From the NCBI RefSeq assembly GCF_006345805.1, contig NC_042997.1:153140001-153204000 (forward strand): a DNA stretch of 64,000 nt. The letters are read 5' to 3'. The translations under genes and the position numbers were made by a program. This document shows positions 1 to 12,239 of this stretch, in pieces. Origin of the DNA: Octopus sinensis (lineage: Eukaryota). The notes beneath the pieces were generated by a model. That model did not search any database. It had not been told where the DNA came from and was given only the letters and a program-made list of their open reading frames with translations. The stretch's first letter is position 1. Each line of letters starts with the position of its first letter.

Positions 1-169
1 AACGGGGATCTTAGTCCACAAAATATCAAGATATAATATAATAAATATGTAATATATGGTACAATTATAAACCGGGCAAATTTTAGCTATTTCTCTGCAG
101 ACTGAAAAAACGATGACCAACATTAATCTACATATATATATATATATAGATACATATATATATATATAG

Positions 170-206
<37 letters not shown>

Positions 207-694
207 GCACTACATTTCTCCACTCTCGGTTTTCGGCTAATTTCTTTCTTTCTCCTCCTTCACTTTCTCTGTATTGCATTTGACGTTTAATTTATTAACG
301 GTTTAAAGAAATAACTTGCCAGCGTTCCCTTTATCATATACGCAGTCATCACATTCGGATAAAATGGCTTATTGATGTATCTTGCTTCTCTTTTTTCCCT
401 GACGAGAAGATCGCATTGTTTTACATCATTTTATTTCCTCTAGAATCATACCAATGTTTTCTTTGAAACATATATAGGAAGTACAAAGATTTGAATAACA
501 CCTGCGTTTAGTCCGTTTCGTTATTTATCTGTTATACAAAAACATTTCACTAAATCCTGGAATTTCTACCTTTATAAGTAGGCTGTAACATCGTTGGTAC
601 TTATGTGAATTTTTTCATACCCTGATAACTAATTATTTACTTTTTCCAAGTTATTTGTACACATGAAAAATATACAAACATATATATATATAAG

Positions 695-896
695 GATAAT
701 AAGTCACGGTAGAAAATACTAAAATGATTTTATCATGAAAAACATTTTAGTACCGGTTTCAGTCATTGAGACTTTTTCAACTCTAAGTATAGAAATCAAT
801 TAAATTGTGGAAAAATTAAATGAAAAGTTTTTAAATATTTCTATAATATTCAAATACAAGTGACAATTTCCTTGTTTCTGCCTCTCTCTCTCTCTT

Positions 897-933
<37 letters not shown>

Positions 934-1990
934 TTACTCTTGTGTATTTGAGGTAGTTATGATTTCTTGTCTTTGATTAAGCAGTAGTAGTAGTAAAGTA
1001 AGGGGGTGGCAGAGAAGAAGAAGAAAAGAATGTGGGATTGATATGATAGTAGGATATTAAATGGTCAAGCCCTGAAAGTGACTCATTGTGGATGATAGTA
1101 GTGATTGGGACTGTTTTTAATGAATTCTTGAGGTATCTCTTTTGAATGTATCTATGAAAATGTATCTATGAAAGTCTTCTAACACAAACCCGAATACGCT
1201 CAACATCAACACTGAAGCCGTCAGTAAAAAAGACCCAACTGTGGGATATGAGTCAATTTAATCGAGGGATCAGACTTTTCCTTCAAGCAGGAACAACATT
1301 TCTCAGCGAAAAGCAACTTCACATGTGCTTCGGAGAACCTGGTATACGCACTAACCTGCTCTCGGTGTCAAGAGCAATACATAGGCCAAACAAAAAATAG
1401 TCTATGTCAAAGATCCCAGATCAAAATTCCGAAGCAGAAGAATAGCATTCAGTCAACACATCGACATTTGCGCCAATAACAAAAATCCCAGCTTCAAAAT
1501 GTTCCCCTCTATCAATTCAGGGATGATACAACCTGTAGTCAACGAATTAGTAAAGAGTCGTTCTTTATCACAAAATACAGATTTCTTTTGAGTGCATCTA
1601 CAACAAATAGTATAATCAGCACGACCTTAGAATAACACACGCAAATATTAAAAACAAGAATTCATTTAAAAACAGTCCCAATCATTGCTATATTCCACAA
1701 CGAGTCACTTTTAGGTCACTTGGCCATTTAACATCCTACTACTATCACACCACTCCCGCATTCTTTTATTATTCTTTCTCTTCTACGTCTTCTTCTTCTT
1801 CTACTTCTTCTTCTTCTCTGCCACCTTAACTACTACTTCTGCTTAAACAGTGAAAGACAAGAATTCATAAATACCTTGAACCCACAAGAGTAAAAAAAGA
1901 GAGACTGACAGGCAGAAACAAGGGAAATGCCCCTTGTATTTGAATACTATAGAAATATTTTTTTATTTTTCATTAATTTTTCCACAATCT
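695..1990 (+). mobile_element. 5'-truncated Penelope-like element: GIY-YIG fragment flanked by inverted pLTR copies
   Basis: 1318-1410 translates FTCASENLVYALTCSRCQEQYIGQTKNSLCQR (PLE GIY-YIG signature). ~805-1130 is the diverged reverse complement of ~1655-1990. Confidence 0.8.
745..785 (-). ncRNA. Minimal hammerhead-like motif with U3/A8 variant core in a pLTR
   Basis: Minus strand reads AG TTGAAAA AGTC TCAAT GACT GAAA CCGG TA CT: 4-bp stem II, GAAA, palindromic stem III loop, GUA triplet. A related but more decayed copy is at ~37078-37115. Confidence 0.5.
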
Positions 1991-3005
1991 TTGGGTGAGA
2001 TTGTTCATGCTTTTTAGGAAGTGAAAAGCTTTCGAAATCTGTTTCAGTTTATTTCCAATTTATTTCTTTCATAGATTGTCCAACATTGGGACAATTTGAC
2101 AACAATATAACTGAAACATGATAGACTTCCAGTCCCTGTTTGAAACAGGCCCAACCAGTTATTGACCAGAATATTAATTACATTCTCTGTCTTGCTATGT
2201 ATATTATAAACTTGAGAGTTTTTCATACTGAGGTATGATCTCATGGTGATATCCATCAAGTGGCATTCTTCTCTTTATTAATTTCTGCATTTTTCACTTA
2301 AATTTTTGAGAAACCTTTAGGATCTTCTTTTGTGTCAATATATACGAGACGAATTTTCATTTGTAAACGTTTTGCTTAAGTGCTTCTTTGTGTAATAATG
2401 AATAGGAGTATGTGTTTGTAGTTCAACATTGAATATGTTTTAGTTGAATTATTGTTTGATTACTTATTTGTGGATGTCAAGGTTTCTCAAACAGAAATAT
2501 ACGTGTAACCAAGGAAATGCAAGCGAAATCGAGATTTTTGCGAAATTTATAAAAACACTGGAACTGAAGTGATCAGAATGACTACTTTTCAATGGTGCAC
2601 TCTCAGATTCTGGAAATAGTATTTATAACAAAACAAAATCTTTGTCAAATATCTTTGGAAATCTTAGCTTCGAAATATAATATAATTTCTGATGTTTGCA
2701 CACGACCAGCAATTTTGAAAGGTGGAGTTTAGTTGATACCATTGACCCAAACTATTGGACTAGATCTTTATTTTATCGGCCTCATCGGCAATATTTGAAG
2801 ACAACCTAGAGAGCTGTCCAAAATTCTGTAAATCATTTTTGAGAATTCTAGCAAATCTATCACTTCGCCGATTTTTTCTTTTCTGAACCTGAATAATGAT
2901 AGGCGATACAAAATGTTTGTAACTGTCCGTTAAGCTGTACATTACGTTTTACTCGTATTCATATTAAACATCGCGGTTGTCATGGTATCCATAAAACTAT
3001 AACTA

Positions 3006-3150
3006 TTATTGTCTGTTTATGGTGACCAACCACTGTACTATATATATACATTGTTCACAAGGAATATGCCAGCCAACACAGCCGTACATGAGGAACGGGT
3101 ACTCAAGAAGAAAAAGAATAGAACCCTGATATTCAGGTTGTGTGGGAGAT
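3006..3150 (-). pseudogene. Locus A, candidate exon (S1-like)
   Basis: Open frame PEYQGSILFLLEYPF... loosely resembles the iGluR S1 motif YEGFxIDLL. Splice sites are unclear. Confidence 0.25.
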
Positions 3151-3678
3151 TTTTTTTGTTTTTGTTGTTTTATCATCTGAAGGTTAACAACAGCATTTGT
3201 GGGATTTTGAATATGAAACAATTTGTAGTTAGGGGAGCGTATATTTCAAAATAATTCTTCGAAAATGGAATATAATTGGAAACTATTTAGTTATCTGAAT
3301 CCTTGTGGTTTGCACTGCTGAGTGTCAGACCAACAGTAGAAAACTTGTTTGTTCTCCTTAGCCCTCACATGTATATATGTATGTGTGTGTGTGTGTGTGT
3401 AAGTGTGTGTGTAAGTGTGTGTGAGTGCGTGTTTGTGTGTGCGTGCGTGTGTGTACGTTTGTATATATGTATGTATATATATATATATATATATGCATGT
3501 ATTTGTATATAAATGTGTAAACCTACATACATGCATACATATATTTATACATGTATGTATGTATGTATGTATGTACACCCTTATATTTGTTTATCTACTT
3601 AGACATTTAAATGCTAAATTCTTTCAATGCTGAACCAATGAAGAATTTATGAGTAAAGAATTGCTCATTAATTAGTCT

Positions 3679-3887
3679 TCAGTACAATAAACAGTAATTT
3701 ATCTTTTTGATACAAGTCTGACTTTGTATTTCTGAAGTGTTGAAAGGCAGCTGTCTTTTGAATTCAAAATCTCCGCCAACAATCGCAGTCATTACAATCC
3801 AGCCGTTTAAGTCTAGTAATTTATGTATTTTGCTTCCATTTTTTTCTTTGTCGTTTTTGTTTTCATTAATGTACGCAACTAGGTTCT
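3679..3887 (-). CDS. Locus A, candidate exon (ATD-S1 junction-like)
   Basis: Acceptor ...tatatgtctgcag| in phase 1, then open frame ENLVAYINENKNDKEKNGSKIHKLLDLNGWIVMTAIVGGDFEFKRQLPFN. Resembles B exon 21407 (SWLVMT) and C exon 38821 (NLI...RNG...DNG). Confidence 0.5.
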
Positions 3888-4364
3888 CTGCAGACATATA
3901 GAATATTTGAAGAACGTGTTATAAAAGATCATTTTATTTCATTGCAGACTCCGTTTTAAGATGTACTACATCAATTTGTTTGTTTTGCTGTTTTTGGCTT
4001 TCTCTTTTCGTTTCAATTCGTCGCATCTTTTCTGTATGTTTTATCCATTCAGATTGTTTTCATAAACGAAGAGTGATGTTAATATCATTAATATAAAAAA
4101 TGATACTAAGATGTAGTAGCTGCAATAATTTCTAATAGTAAAATGGACATAACGTACAGCTATTAAACTGTACGAAATTAAAAGGGCCCTCTTTTCTCAA
4201 TACATACGTCCCTTGATTGAGTACATATGCATACATTAATTCATTCATACATATACATATCTACACACACACAGATACACACACACCCTCGCACCCACAC
4301 ATACATATATCTATGTAAGTACAGATATGTATATCATGTGTTTGTGCGTGTAGTTAGGTATGTA

Positions 4365-4371
4365 GACAGAC

Positions 4372-4443
<72 letters not shown>

Positions 4444-4470
4444 GATAGATAGATAGATAGATAGACAGAC
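4365..4470 (+). repeat. (GATA)n microsatellite
   Basis: Direct reading. Similar arrays at ~24540-24620 (CTAT), 54165-54250 and 61537-61615. Confidence 0.95.
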
Positions 4471-5150
4471 AGACACATATCTGCATGCATATAAACACAA
4501 ATACACATACATATGTGTGAAAGTGTGTGTGGAAATGTGTGTATATGTGCGTGCATGCATGCACGCACAAATACACACAGAACAAAGAGGGTATGTTTGC
4601 GTGTGTTGTGTGGGTGTGAATGGGTGGCTGTGTATGCGTGAACACTTCAGAATAAAAATAGAGAAAGGTTTTGGATAATATGAGAATTATTTGATTGCAG
4701 ACAGGCTACTATCGGACAAAATGTTGCTAGTACATGTTTAGAATAGATGTGTTAATGACAAATCCTAAATAATGTTCAGAAACTAAAAGGCTAACTAGTT
4801 TAAAGTGAAAATAATTTTAGCTGACACTGTATTAAATGGTAAGTTGGAAGAGAAATGACCAAGTCCATAAGTTACTTCACTAGAGCAGTATATCTGTATT
4901 TTTGAGAAAAATACTTCTCAAACACTATCGTTCTGGATTCGTGCATACCGCGCAACATCTAGCCATGCGTGTTGGATCCCACCTTTGGGTCGACGGTAGA
5001 TAAAATCTGGTACACGGAAACCGTGTGGAATCCCGTTGGAATGATCTGTTCTGCTTTTAGCTTCAAGATTTAATCCGCCATCTAGATATCTACCAACATT
5101 TTACACACGTGTGGGCTACTGATTATGGTATATTCAAGCAAGAGACGATG

Positions 5151-5458
5151 TCAAAGGAACTTAGATGAATCTTTATAGTGTTTCTTGTGTTTACAAAGTG
5201 ATAATGAGTGTAAATTCCATTCCAACGTCCACAGTTTTCCGGTGAAGAGCAGAGGGTCACGTATTATTAGATTTGAAAGGCATAACGATGGAATAAAGTC
5301 TATCATCATATTCGAGGTAAAGTGGTAAAAGAAGGGGCCCCAGATGCAAGAATTCGGACTTAAGTCTTCTGTCTGAAAACAACGCCTTCCCTTCGCGCAA
5401 CTATTTTCGAAAGTCCTGAGAAATCTCATGAGGTCTTCTCTTACTTCTTTGACTAAAC
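5151..5458 (-). CDS. Locus A, exon Z (end-of-ATD-like)
   Basis: Acceptor acttattttaag| in phase 1, about 100 open codons LVKEVREDLMRFLRTFENSC...SCIWGPFFYHFT...GKLWTLEW. Donor position uncertain (candidate GTAAAC at 5194). Confidence 0.5.
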
Positions 5459-5610
5459 CTTAAAATAAGTCATTTAGAATATAAGCAAACTACTAAATCA
5501 GCTTTTGACAACAAATTATGAAATAAACTTCATATCCGCTGCAGATGTTTATGTCTGAACAGAGCATTTAATACGAATTCAGTTTTCTTGTAGCACCCCT
5601 ATGCGTTTAC

Positions 5611-5698
5611 AGGCACATTTAACTGATTCTAAATTATTTTGATTTGGCTCAGGGGTTCAAATATAACATATGATTTTGTGACGTTCATCCTGTATATT
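5611..5698 (-). pseudogene. Locus A, exon Y with an in-frame TGA
   Basis: AG/GT bounded 88-bp exon, phase 0 to phase 1, matching exons X and Z. Reads NIQDERHKIICYI*TPEPNQNNLESVKCA; TGA at 5657-5659. Confidence 0.45.
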
Positions 5699-6138
5699 CT
5701 AACAGAGACATCATGTACACAAAGGATTTGAAATTAGCAGAATCATTTGAATACGTGAAAACTATATAAGTGCAATTATTTTAAATCTTCGGGTATTTCA
5801 TTTAATTATTTTTTCAATGTTCTTTTCAAAAATATTTTGATTTTCTAATGAGTGTATTCACATCAGGTCACATGGTACAATACGAGATCATTATGTCGAT
5901 TGAATTTCGCATATACGTTGAAATATAGTTGGCTAAGGTGAAATATTGGAGGGATTTTGACTGAAAGTATGACGAGTCTTATTTGAGCAACAGCACCGAT
6001 CTCGCAGCATACACGGAGAAGGCATTTATCTCTGAGATGGCTCCAGTCAAGTTAGTTCTAAATATACTTTATAGCATAAGTAGAGTTCACTGATGTTGCA
6101 CTTAAATTCACTTCCTCTTCACAACACACTTTTCTTAC

Positions 6139-6222
6139 GTCGACATACAACCATTCAAACATTCGTTTCGCCAGTCCAAGAGCAGCAGCTGCGTAGATCA
6201 GATCGCAGTTTGTTCCATCTGG
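6139..6222 (-). CDS. Locus A, exon X (ATD lobe-like)
   Basis: Acceptor tttaatatttttag|, donor GTAAGA, 84 bp, phase 0-0. PDGTNCDLIYAAAALGLAKRMFEWLYVD resembles the NMDAR/kainate ATD segment of the type AxxxyxAAxxLgmxxxxyxW. Confidence 0.55.
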
Positions 6223-7004
6223 CTAAAAATATTAAAAAATCAGAAAGAAAGACAGAATATTTCGTTATTTTGCAGTACGTAGTTAAAATCAAATCAACCT
6301 CGTTAAATCTCTTGAGGAGGTTTGACAACGAGAAGCAAGTGATTGGCTTCAAATCAAAATTCATAGACATTTCGCTGTAGAGATTCAGGCTCCTGTGACT
6401 TCTTTTTAATAATTACGGACTGCGTTTGAGCATTTGACAATTGATGCGTAGGCTATTCCAAGTTGGATGCTTTACAAATTGATATCCATGGCCAAGTATA
6501 CATCTGCTTCGGCGAGATAGAAATCTACAACGAATCAATGTTTAAAATCGACAATTATATTTGGCTATTAATATTGGCAAGGAAATAAACCGATATGGTG
6601 AAACATATCTAATATACACTATAGATTAAACACTCAATTAGACACCACGATCTCTATCACTGACATACATGCACACATGCGCAGAAATATTCACACAGGT
6701 GCACATACATGGACACAAATACACCCACATATGCACACACATACATAACAATAATAAACCTATCCATCACATGCATTCGTGTGCTAGTGGTTCAGGAAAG
6801 TAATTACATCATTTATTTATACGCATATGCACACAGGTATATAGGAAATACATGATACCAGAAATATATGCACAATGACACTCTTAAATACATTTATATA
6901 CATATACTTACCTACATACATACATGCATGCATACATACATACATACATACATACATACATACATACATACATACATACATACATACATACATACATACA
7001 TACA

Positions 7005-7415
7005 TTATTGGGGCACAAGGATCCGTAACACGCTGCCTAAATACCAATCTTGAGAAATCAGGCTTCTCAAAACCAGAAAGGAGGAAGCTGATTCGAAGAC
7101 TACACATCCAAGCCATCACTGGAACTGTAAAAAATCGTAAAATTTTCTAGAGGTTTATCATTTAACTTCTATGTTTCTTTTTTCTTCTTTTTTCCATCCC
7201 CTTATTCCTTTACTCCCTTTTTATGTAATCATCTTATTAATATATACCATTCTCATTTTCACTATTTGTCTCTGATGACGGAATATCCCAAACTCAGAGT
7301 TCTCCCAGAAAGAGCTGTAATATTTTGAATTTCTTCCTATAATAATATTTTATATAACTTGAGATGTTTGCCTTGCCTTAATATTTACAGTCCTGTCTAG
7401 AAATGGACGCGTGGC
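7005..7415 (+). mobile_element. 3' end of a retroelement with an RLE-type C-terminus and a hammerhead-like motif in its 3' region
   Basis: IIGAQGSVTRCLNTNLEKSGFSKPERRKLIRRLHIQAITGTVK matches the RLE C-terminal pattern. TGTCT CTGATGA CGG...CCCA GAAA GAGCTGTA at 7267-7319. Followed by (AAT)n. Confidence 0.6.
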
Positions 7416-7424
7416 GTTCAATTC

Positions 7425-7460
<36 letters not shown>

Positions 7461-7514
7461 TATCATTATTATTATTACAAAAATATATATAAATAAATAT
7501 ATATATATTATATA

Positions 7515-7575
<61 letters not shown>

Positions 7576-7582
7576 CATAATT

Positions 7583-7698
7583 AAAGACTATTTGCCAACA
7601 TAAACTGGGTGTCCTGGAAGGGACGATGTTTCCTGGGGCTAAATAACAGTAACATCGTACCTTCCTGGATAGCCACATTATGTTGGCAAATAGCCTTT
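7583..7698. repeat. Short foldback/hairpin (~48-bp arms, 20-nt spacer)
   Basis: ctatttgccaacataa...ggaagggacgatgtt is mirrored by aacatcgtaccttcc...ttatgttggcaaatag. Confidence 0.75.
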
Positions 7699-7774
7699 AC
7701 TTTAAAGAAATGTTACTGAATATCTCTCTTTGAGAAATTAAGAAATAATTATATTTAAATTATATTGTATGTAT

Positions 7775-7805
<31 letters not shown>

Positions 7806-7834
7806 GTGTAATATATGTAATGTATGTATGTATG

Positions 7835-7975
7835 TCTACGAAGGGCTACTTTCAGGTCCTGTCTATCAAATCTACTCACAAGGTTTTGGTTGACCTAAAG
7901 CTATAGTTGAAGACACTTGTCTAAGAGGCCAAGCAGTGGGACTGAATCCGGAACCATTTAGTTATGAAGCACATA
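7835..7975 (-). mobile_element. SINE family S1 (tRNA-derived), partial
   Basis: Reverse complement of the ggttccggattcagtcccactg...caagtgtcttc head seen in other copies in this window. Confidence 0.7.
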
Positions 7976-8296
7976 GGCACAAGCATATGTGCGTCGTTTA
8001 AAGCCCTCTTCATAAGCATATGGCACACGGTGTGACCTCACTGCGCGACATCTTGTACAAATGTTATGTGATTAGACGTTTTGGTAGACGGAAACTTCAC
8101 AGAAGCCTAACACACGAATGTGCTGGTCTGAGTTTGTTTCTCCGTCTCTTCAAAACATCGAAAAGCCGATGCTTTTACTTGTTGTCCATTTGTATCCTCT
8201 AATTTCGATGCTGAAGAAATAGAGGTCAAAACATAAGCATTAGATTTCAATCTAAGCTGTACCTATGTGTGTGTGTGTTTATGTATATATATAAGC

Positions 8297-8354
<58 letters not shown>

Positions 8355-9093
8355 ACATACATATATATAAACACATACATATATATATACATACACACAC
8401 ATACGCATACATACACACGCACACATACACACATGCATAAAGTATATATATATACACACACATACATACGTGATAGACATATATGTATGTATGTGCCCGT
8501 CTTTGAAGATGTATATAATAATACCTGTGCGTGTATGTGTGAATGTTTGTGTGTGTATGCGCGCGCGCTTGTGTGTGTGTATGCATGTAGTAACGTATAT
8601 AAACGTAAACGCCATATATTTACATACAACGATACCTATACACTCAATCCAGACGCATACATAACATGCAAACGCATATGTTGACGCACGCACTCAGCAA
8701 CATTTTCATACCCATACATATACACACACACAAGTCTTATAAGAATGCTCGAAGGAGCGCGACAAAACTCAACAACGTTATTGCTTAGAGCAGCTGCAAT
8801 TTTCTGCTCAATTACTGAGATAGGAATCAGAGCTTTGAGGAAATATTGGATTCGTTTCAATGCGGAAACATGCAAACCGGCGCACGTGCACGCACATTCG
8901 TACGCGTGTTTGCAGCACACACCACATACATGGATATGCACGCGCACATGCACTTACAAATATACTCGCTGAAAGGCACGCGCAAGTACACGTATATTTG
9001 CATGCAAGTATATATGTTTACATATCAAAGATTATACGGGTGTATGTGCATACAGACATACACCCCTCCACACACAAATATATATATACATAT

Positions 9094-9128
<35 letters not shown>

Positions 9129-9329
9129 ATATACATGCATGCGAGCACACACACACCTACACACACAGACATGCGCAAACCATACCCACCTGTATGTGTG
9201 TGTTGTGTTGTGCGTGTATGTGTGTGTATGTGTGTGTTGTGCGTGTATGTGTGTGTATTGTGTGTGAATGTGGTGTGTGTGTGTGTGTGTGTGTTTGAAT
9301 GTGTGTGGATGTAGATATGTTTATAGATA

Positions 9330-9532
9330 TTGGTTTCAAAATTTAGCACAAGGCCAGCATGTTCACCGGATAAGGTAAGTCGATTACATCGATCCCATTA
9401 CTCAGTTGGCACTTATCGACCTCAGAGAAGGCTAAGTCTACCTCAGAGAAATTTGAACTCATTACATAAAATGGACGACATACCTCTAAGCATTTTACCC
9501 GGTATATAAACGATTCTGCCGGTTCCCCGCCA
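9330..9532 (-). mobile_element. SINE family S2
   Basis: Matches the S2 head ggcgg..agctggcagaatcgtt...gagttcaaatt on the minus strand. Confidence 0.75.
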
Positions 9533-9559
9533 GAAGCTCTGGGAAGTGCGGATAAAATG

Positions 9560-9715
9560 CAATCTTGTAATTGTAGGTGCATTACGAACTATCCCTAAAG
9601 ATTTGAACAGATGGATAGAGGAATTATGCATAAAACGTAATTTAGTGCAGTTTCAGAAAACAGTGGTAATAGGGACATCTAGGACACTTAGGAAGGTTCT
9701 TGGCATCTAAAGTTA
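9560..9715 (+). mobile_element. R4/Dong-like RLE LINE 3' tip
   Basis: GALRTIPKDLNRWIEELCIKRNLVQFQKTVVIGTSRTLRKVLGI*; same family as 26660-27400. Confidence 0.8.
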
Positions 9716-9844
9716 CTAGTTCTATCTCGACGTTAGGAATTTTTATTTCCCAATAGCTTCATCTATTGTGCGTATATGAAAAAATAATTATAATCCTTTC
9801 TACTATAGGTACTGTATTTTACAAATATGATACAAAATACTAAT

Positions 9845-10025
9845 ATCTATTTTAACGGCATTTCGTCTGTCTTTAGGTTCTGCGTTCAATTTCGCCGGGG
9901 TCGTCTTTACCTTTCATCCTTTCGAGGTCGATAAAATACCTGTTGAATACTGGGGGGGGGGGGGGGTGATGCAATCGGCTTACTCCCTCCCGCAAACTTC
10001 CTGGCGTAGTACTAAAATTTGAAAT
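9845..10025 (+). mobile_element. SINE family S2, 5'-truncated
   Basis: ggcatttcgtctgtc...gttcaatttcgccggggtcgtctttacctttcatcctttcgaggtcgataaaat. Confidence 0.7.
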
Positions 10026-10467
10026 CGATATCTATCTATCTAGCTAGCTAGCTAGCTATCTATCTCACTATTTATTATGTACAGTTAAAATTGTTTTATT
10101 TTAGTATTTGCATTTTATAAATATTTTGCGTTGCAAATAAATTAGTATTCTGCTTTTTTTCTTTGTCTTCTGGATGTGAAATGTATTATTTTGTACACTC
10201 AGTTTTCTTGGCAGAGGCGTGGCATGAAATGCTTGCGAACGCAATTGGTAACGTGAGAAGAAAACTAAAATTTTTGTAAATAAAAATAAAACCCAAAACC
10301 TCAAATTTCTTCTAACAGCACTTATAGGTACGGGGGCTCCAATCTACATGGAGTTATCCACATGGACGTATTTTGCGGAAATATTCAATTTCAACTTCTA
10401 AAATACCGTTTCCTAAGAGAGATTTAATCATTCGTACTCATGTTTATCACCACCATCAGCAACAACA

Positions 10468-11808
10468 ATAATCCTTTCTACTTTAGGGACTAGAAATTAA
10501 AATTTTGAGGAAGTGGTTAGTTGATTAACATTCGATCTGAGTGTTTAACTGGTATTCATTTTACCGATCTGAAAGGATGAAATGCAAGACAAAGTCGACT
10601 TCGGCGGAATTTGAACGCAGAACGGACGAAATACAGCGACATGCTAACAATACTGCCAGGAAGCCGCCATAATAATAGTAATCCTTTCTTCTAAAAGTAA
10701 GAGGCCTGACATTTGTGGGGTGGGGACTAATCGATTACATAGGCTCCAGTGTTTCACTGGTACTTAATCTATCGGCCCCGAAAGTATGAAATGCAGAGTC
10801 GACCTCGGTGGAATTTGAACACAGAACGGACGAAATACAGCCAAGCATATTGCCCAACATGTTAACGATACTGCCAGCAAACCGCTATAATAATAATAAT
10901 CCTTTCTACTAAAGGCACTAAGCCTGATATTTGGGGGTAGGGGACTAATCGATTACATCGACTCCAGTGTTTCGCTGGTACATAATGTATAGAACCCGAA
11001 AGAATGAAAGGCAAAGTCGACCTCGGCGAAATTTGAACTCAAAACACGAAGACGGACCAAATACAACTAAGCATTTCGTCCAATGTGCTAACGATTCTGC
11101 CAGCTCTCCACCGTAATAATAATAATCCTTTCTACAAGTCCTGAAATTTGGGAGAGGGGGCCAGTCGATTAGATCGACCCTAGTATGCGGCAACAGGTAT
11201 TTAATTTATCAACCTCGAGAAGGACGAAAGGCAAAGTCGACCTCGGTGGAACTTGAACTCAGACCATAGCGACGGGCGAAATACTGCTAAGCATTTCGTC
11301 CAGTGTGCTAACGATTCTGCCAGCTCGCCGCCTTGTTGTTTATAATAATAATAATAATAATCCTTTCTACTTGATGCGCAAGGCCTCAAATTTGGGGGAA
11401 GGGATAAAGGCGATTGCATCGACCCCACTGCGTAATTGGTACTAATTTTATCTACCCCGAAAGGACGAAAGGCAAAGTCGCCGGCGGCGGAATTTGAACT
11501 CAGATCCTAGCTGCTGACGAAATACCGCTGAGCATTTCGCCCAGCCTTCTAACGATTCTGCCGGCTCGCCGCCTTCTTATTAATAAGTATCATTATTATT
11601 TCAAATTTTTGCCACAAGGATAGCTTGAGGGAGGGAATTAAGACGATTACATCGACCCCAGTACGTAACTGATACTTATTTTAACGACCCCAAAAGGATG
11701 AAAAGCAAAGTCGAACTCGGCGGAATTTGAACTCTGAATGTAGCGACATACGAAATACTGCTAAACATTTCGTCCAGCGCACTAACGATTCTACTAGCTC
11801 ACCGCCTT
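10468..11808 (-). mobile_element. Six head-to-tail S2 SINE copies separated by short (AAT)n
   Basis: Units at ~10468, 10680, 10897, 11124, 11358 and 11588, each ~200-220 bp, same orientation, mutually diverged. Confidence 0.9.
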
Positions 11809-11819
11809 AATAATCATAA

Positions 11820-12050
11820 TCAGAGACCCCCAGGCAAGGTTGTTTATGGAAGGCCAGCAGTCACCCATGCATACCAGCCTCCCCACTCCACGCCACCGAT
11901 GGTATCCAAGGGAAAGACAAAAGCCGATACAGCTTGACAACTCATTTCTACTACTGAGTGAACTGGAGCAACGTGAAATAAAGCGTCTTGATCAAGAACA
12001 CAACACGCAGCCCGGTCCGGGATTCGAACTCACAACTTCGTAAGTTCGAA
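11820..12050 (-). mobile_element. Third tRNA-derived SINE family
   Basis: Minus strand has a B-box-like gagttcgaatcccggacc followed by gtgttgtgttcttgatcaagacgcttt, a CORE-like central domain. Confidence 0.7.
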
Positions 12051-12059
12051 GCTCTGACC

Positions 12060-12094
<35 letters not shown>

Positions 12095-12235
12095 GTCATA
12101 GATGTTAAGTTTTTCTTCTTTCTCTTTGATCTTGTCACCGGGAGATGCTATGTCGTTTATCATGCAAGTTTTTTCTCTCTTGTTCACAACAATGTATGTT
12201 GTTCCTATGTATGAACTGGCAGTACCAGGCACTGA
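12095..12235 (-). mobile_element. RLE LINE endonuclease fragment
   Basis: YIVVNKREKTCMINDIASPGDKIKEKEEKL (PD...D RLE motif region), abutting (AAT)n. Confidence 0.7.
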
Positions 12236-12239
12236 CTCT

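Noticed and set aside
2044-2480. Possible decayed PLE or Polinton coding remnant (PLDGY...)
   Set aside because: Only scattered short resemblances across many stops.
2760-2900. Possible terminal exon of A (VQKRKNRRSDRFARILKNDLQ...)
   Set aside because: Plausible acceptor but no family motif and no phase link to upstream exons.
3679-6222. cGAS-like/Mab-21 nucleotidyltransferase reading of locus A
   Set aside because: No GS plus DxD catalytic arrangement; the iGluR ATD/S1 reading fits more motifs and is supported by the paralogs.
8720-8880. Protein-like open frames on both strands between CA repeats
   Set aside because: No motif, no convincing splice pair and no way to choose a strand; could be an upstream exon of A but unsupported.
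10468-11808. CRISPR-like appearance of regularly recurring words
   Set aside because: Units are ~210-bp whole SINEs with homologous interiors, not short repeats with unique spacers; eukaryotic context, no cas genes.
11990-12050. tRNA gene
   Set aside because: A B-box-like motif is present but there is no full cloverleaf; it is a SINE head, as for the S1 and S2 families.
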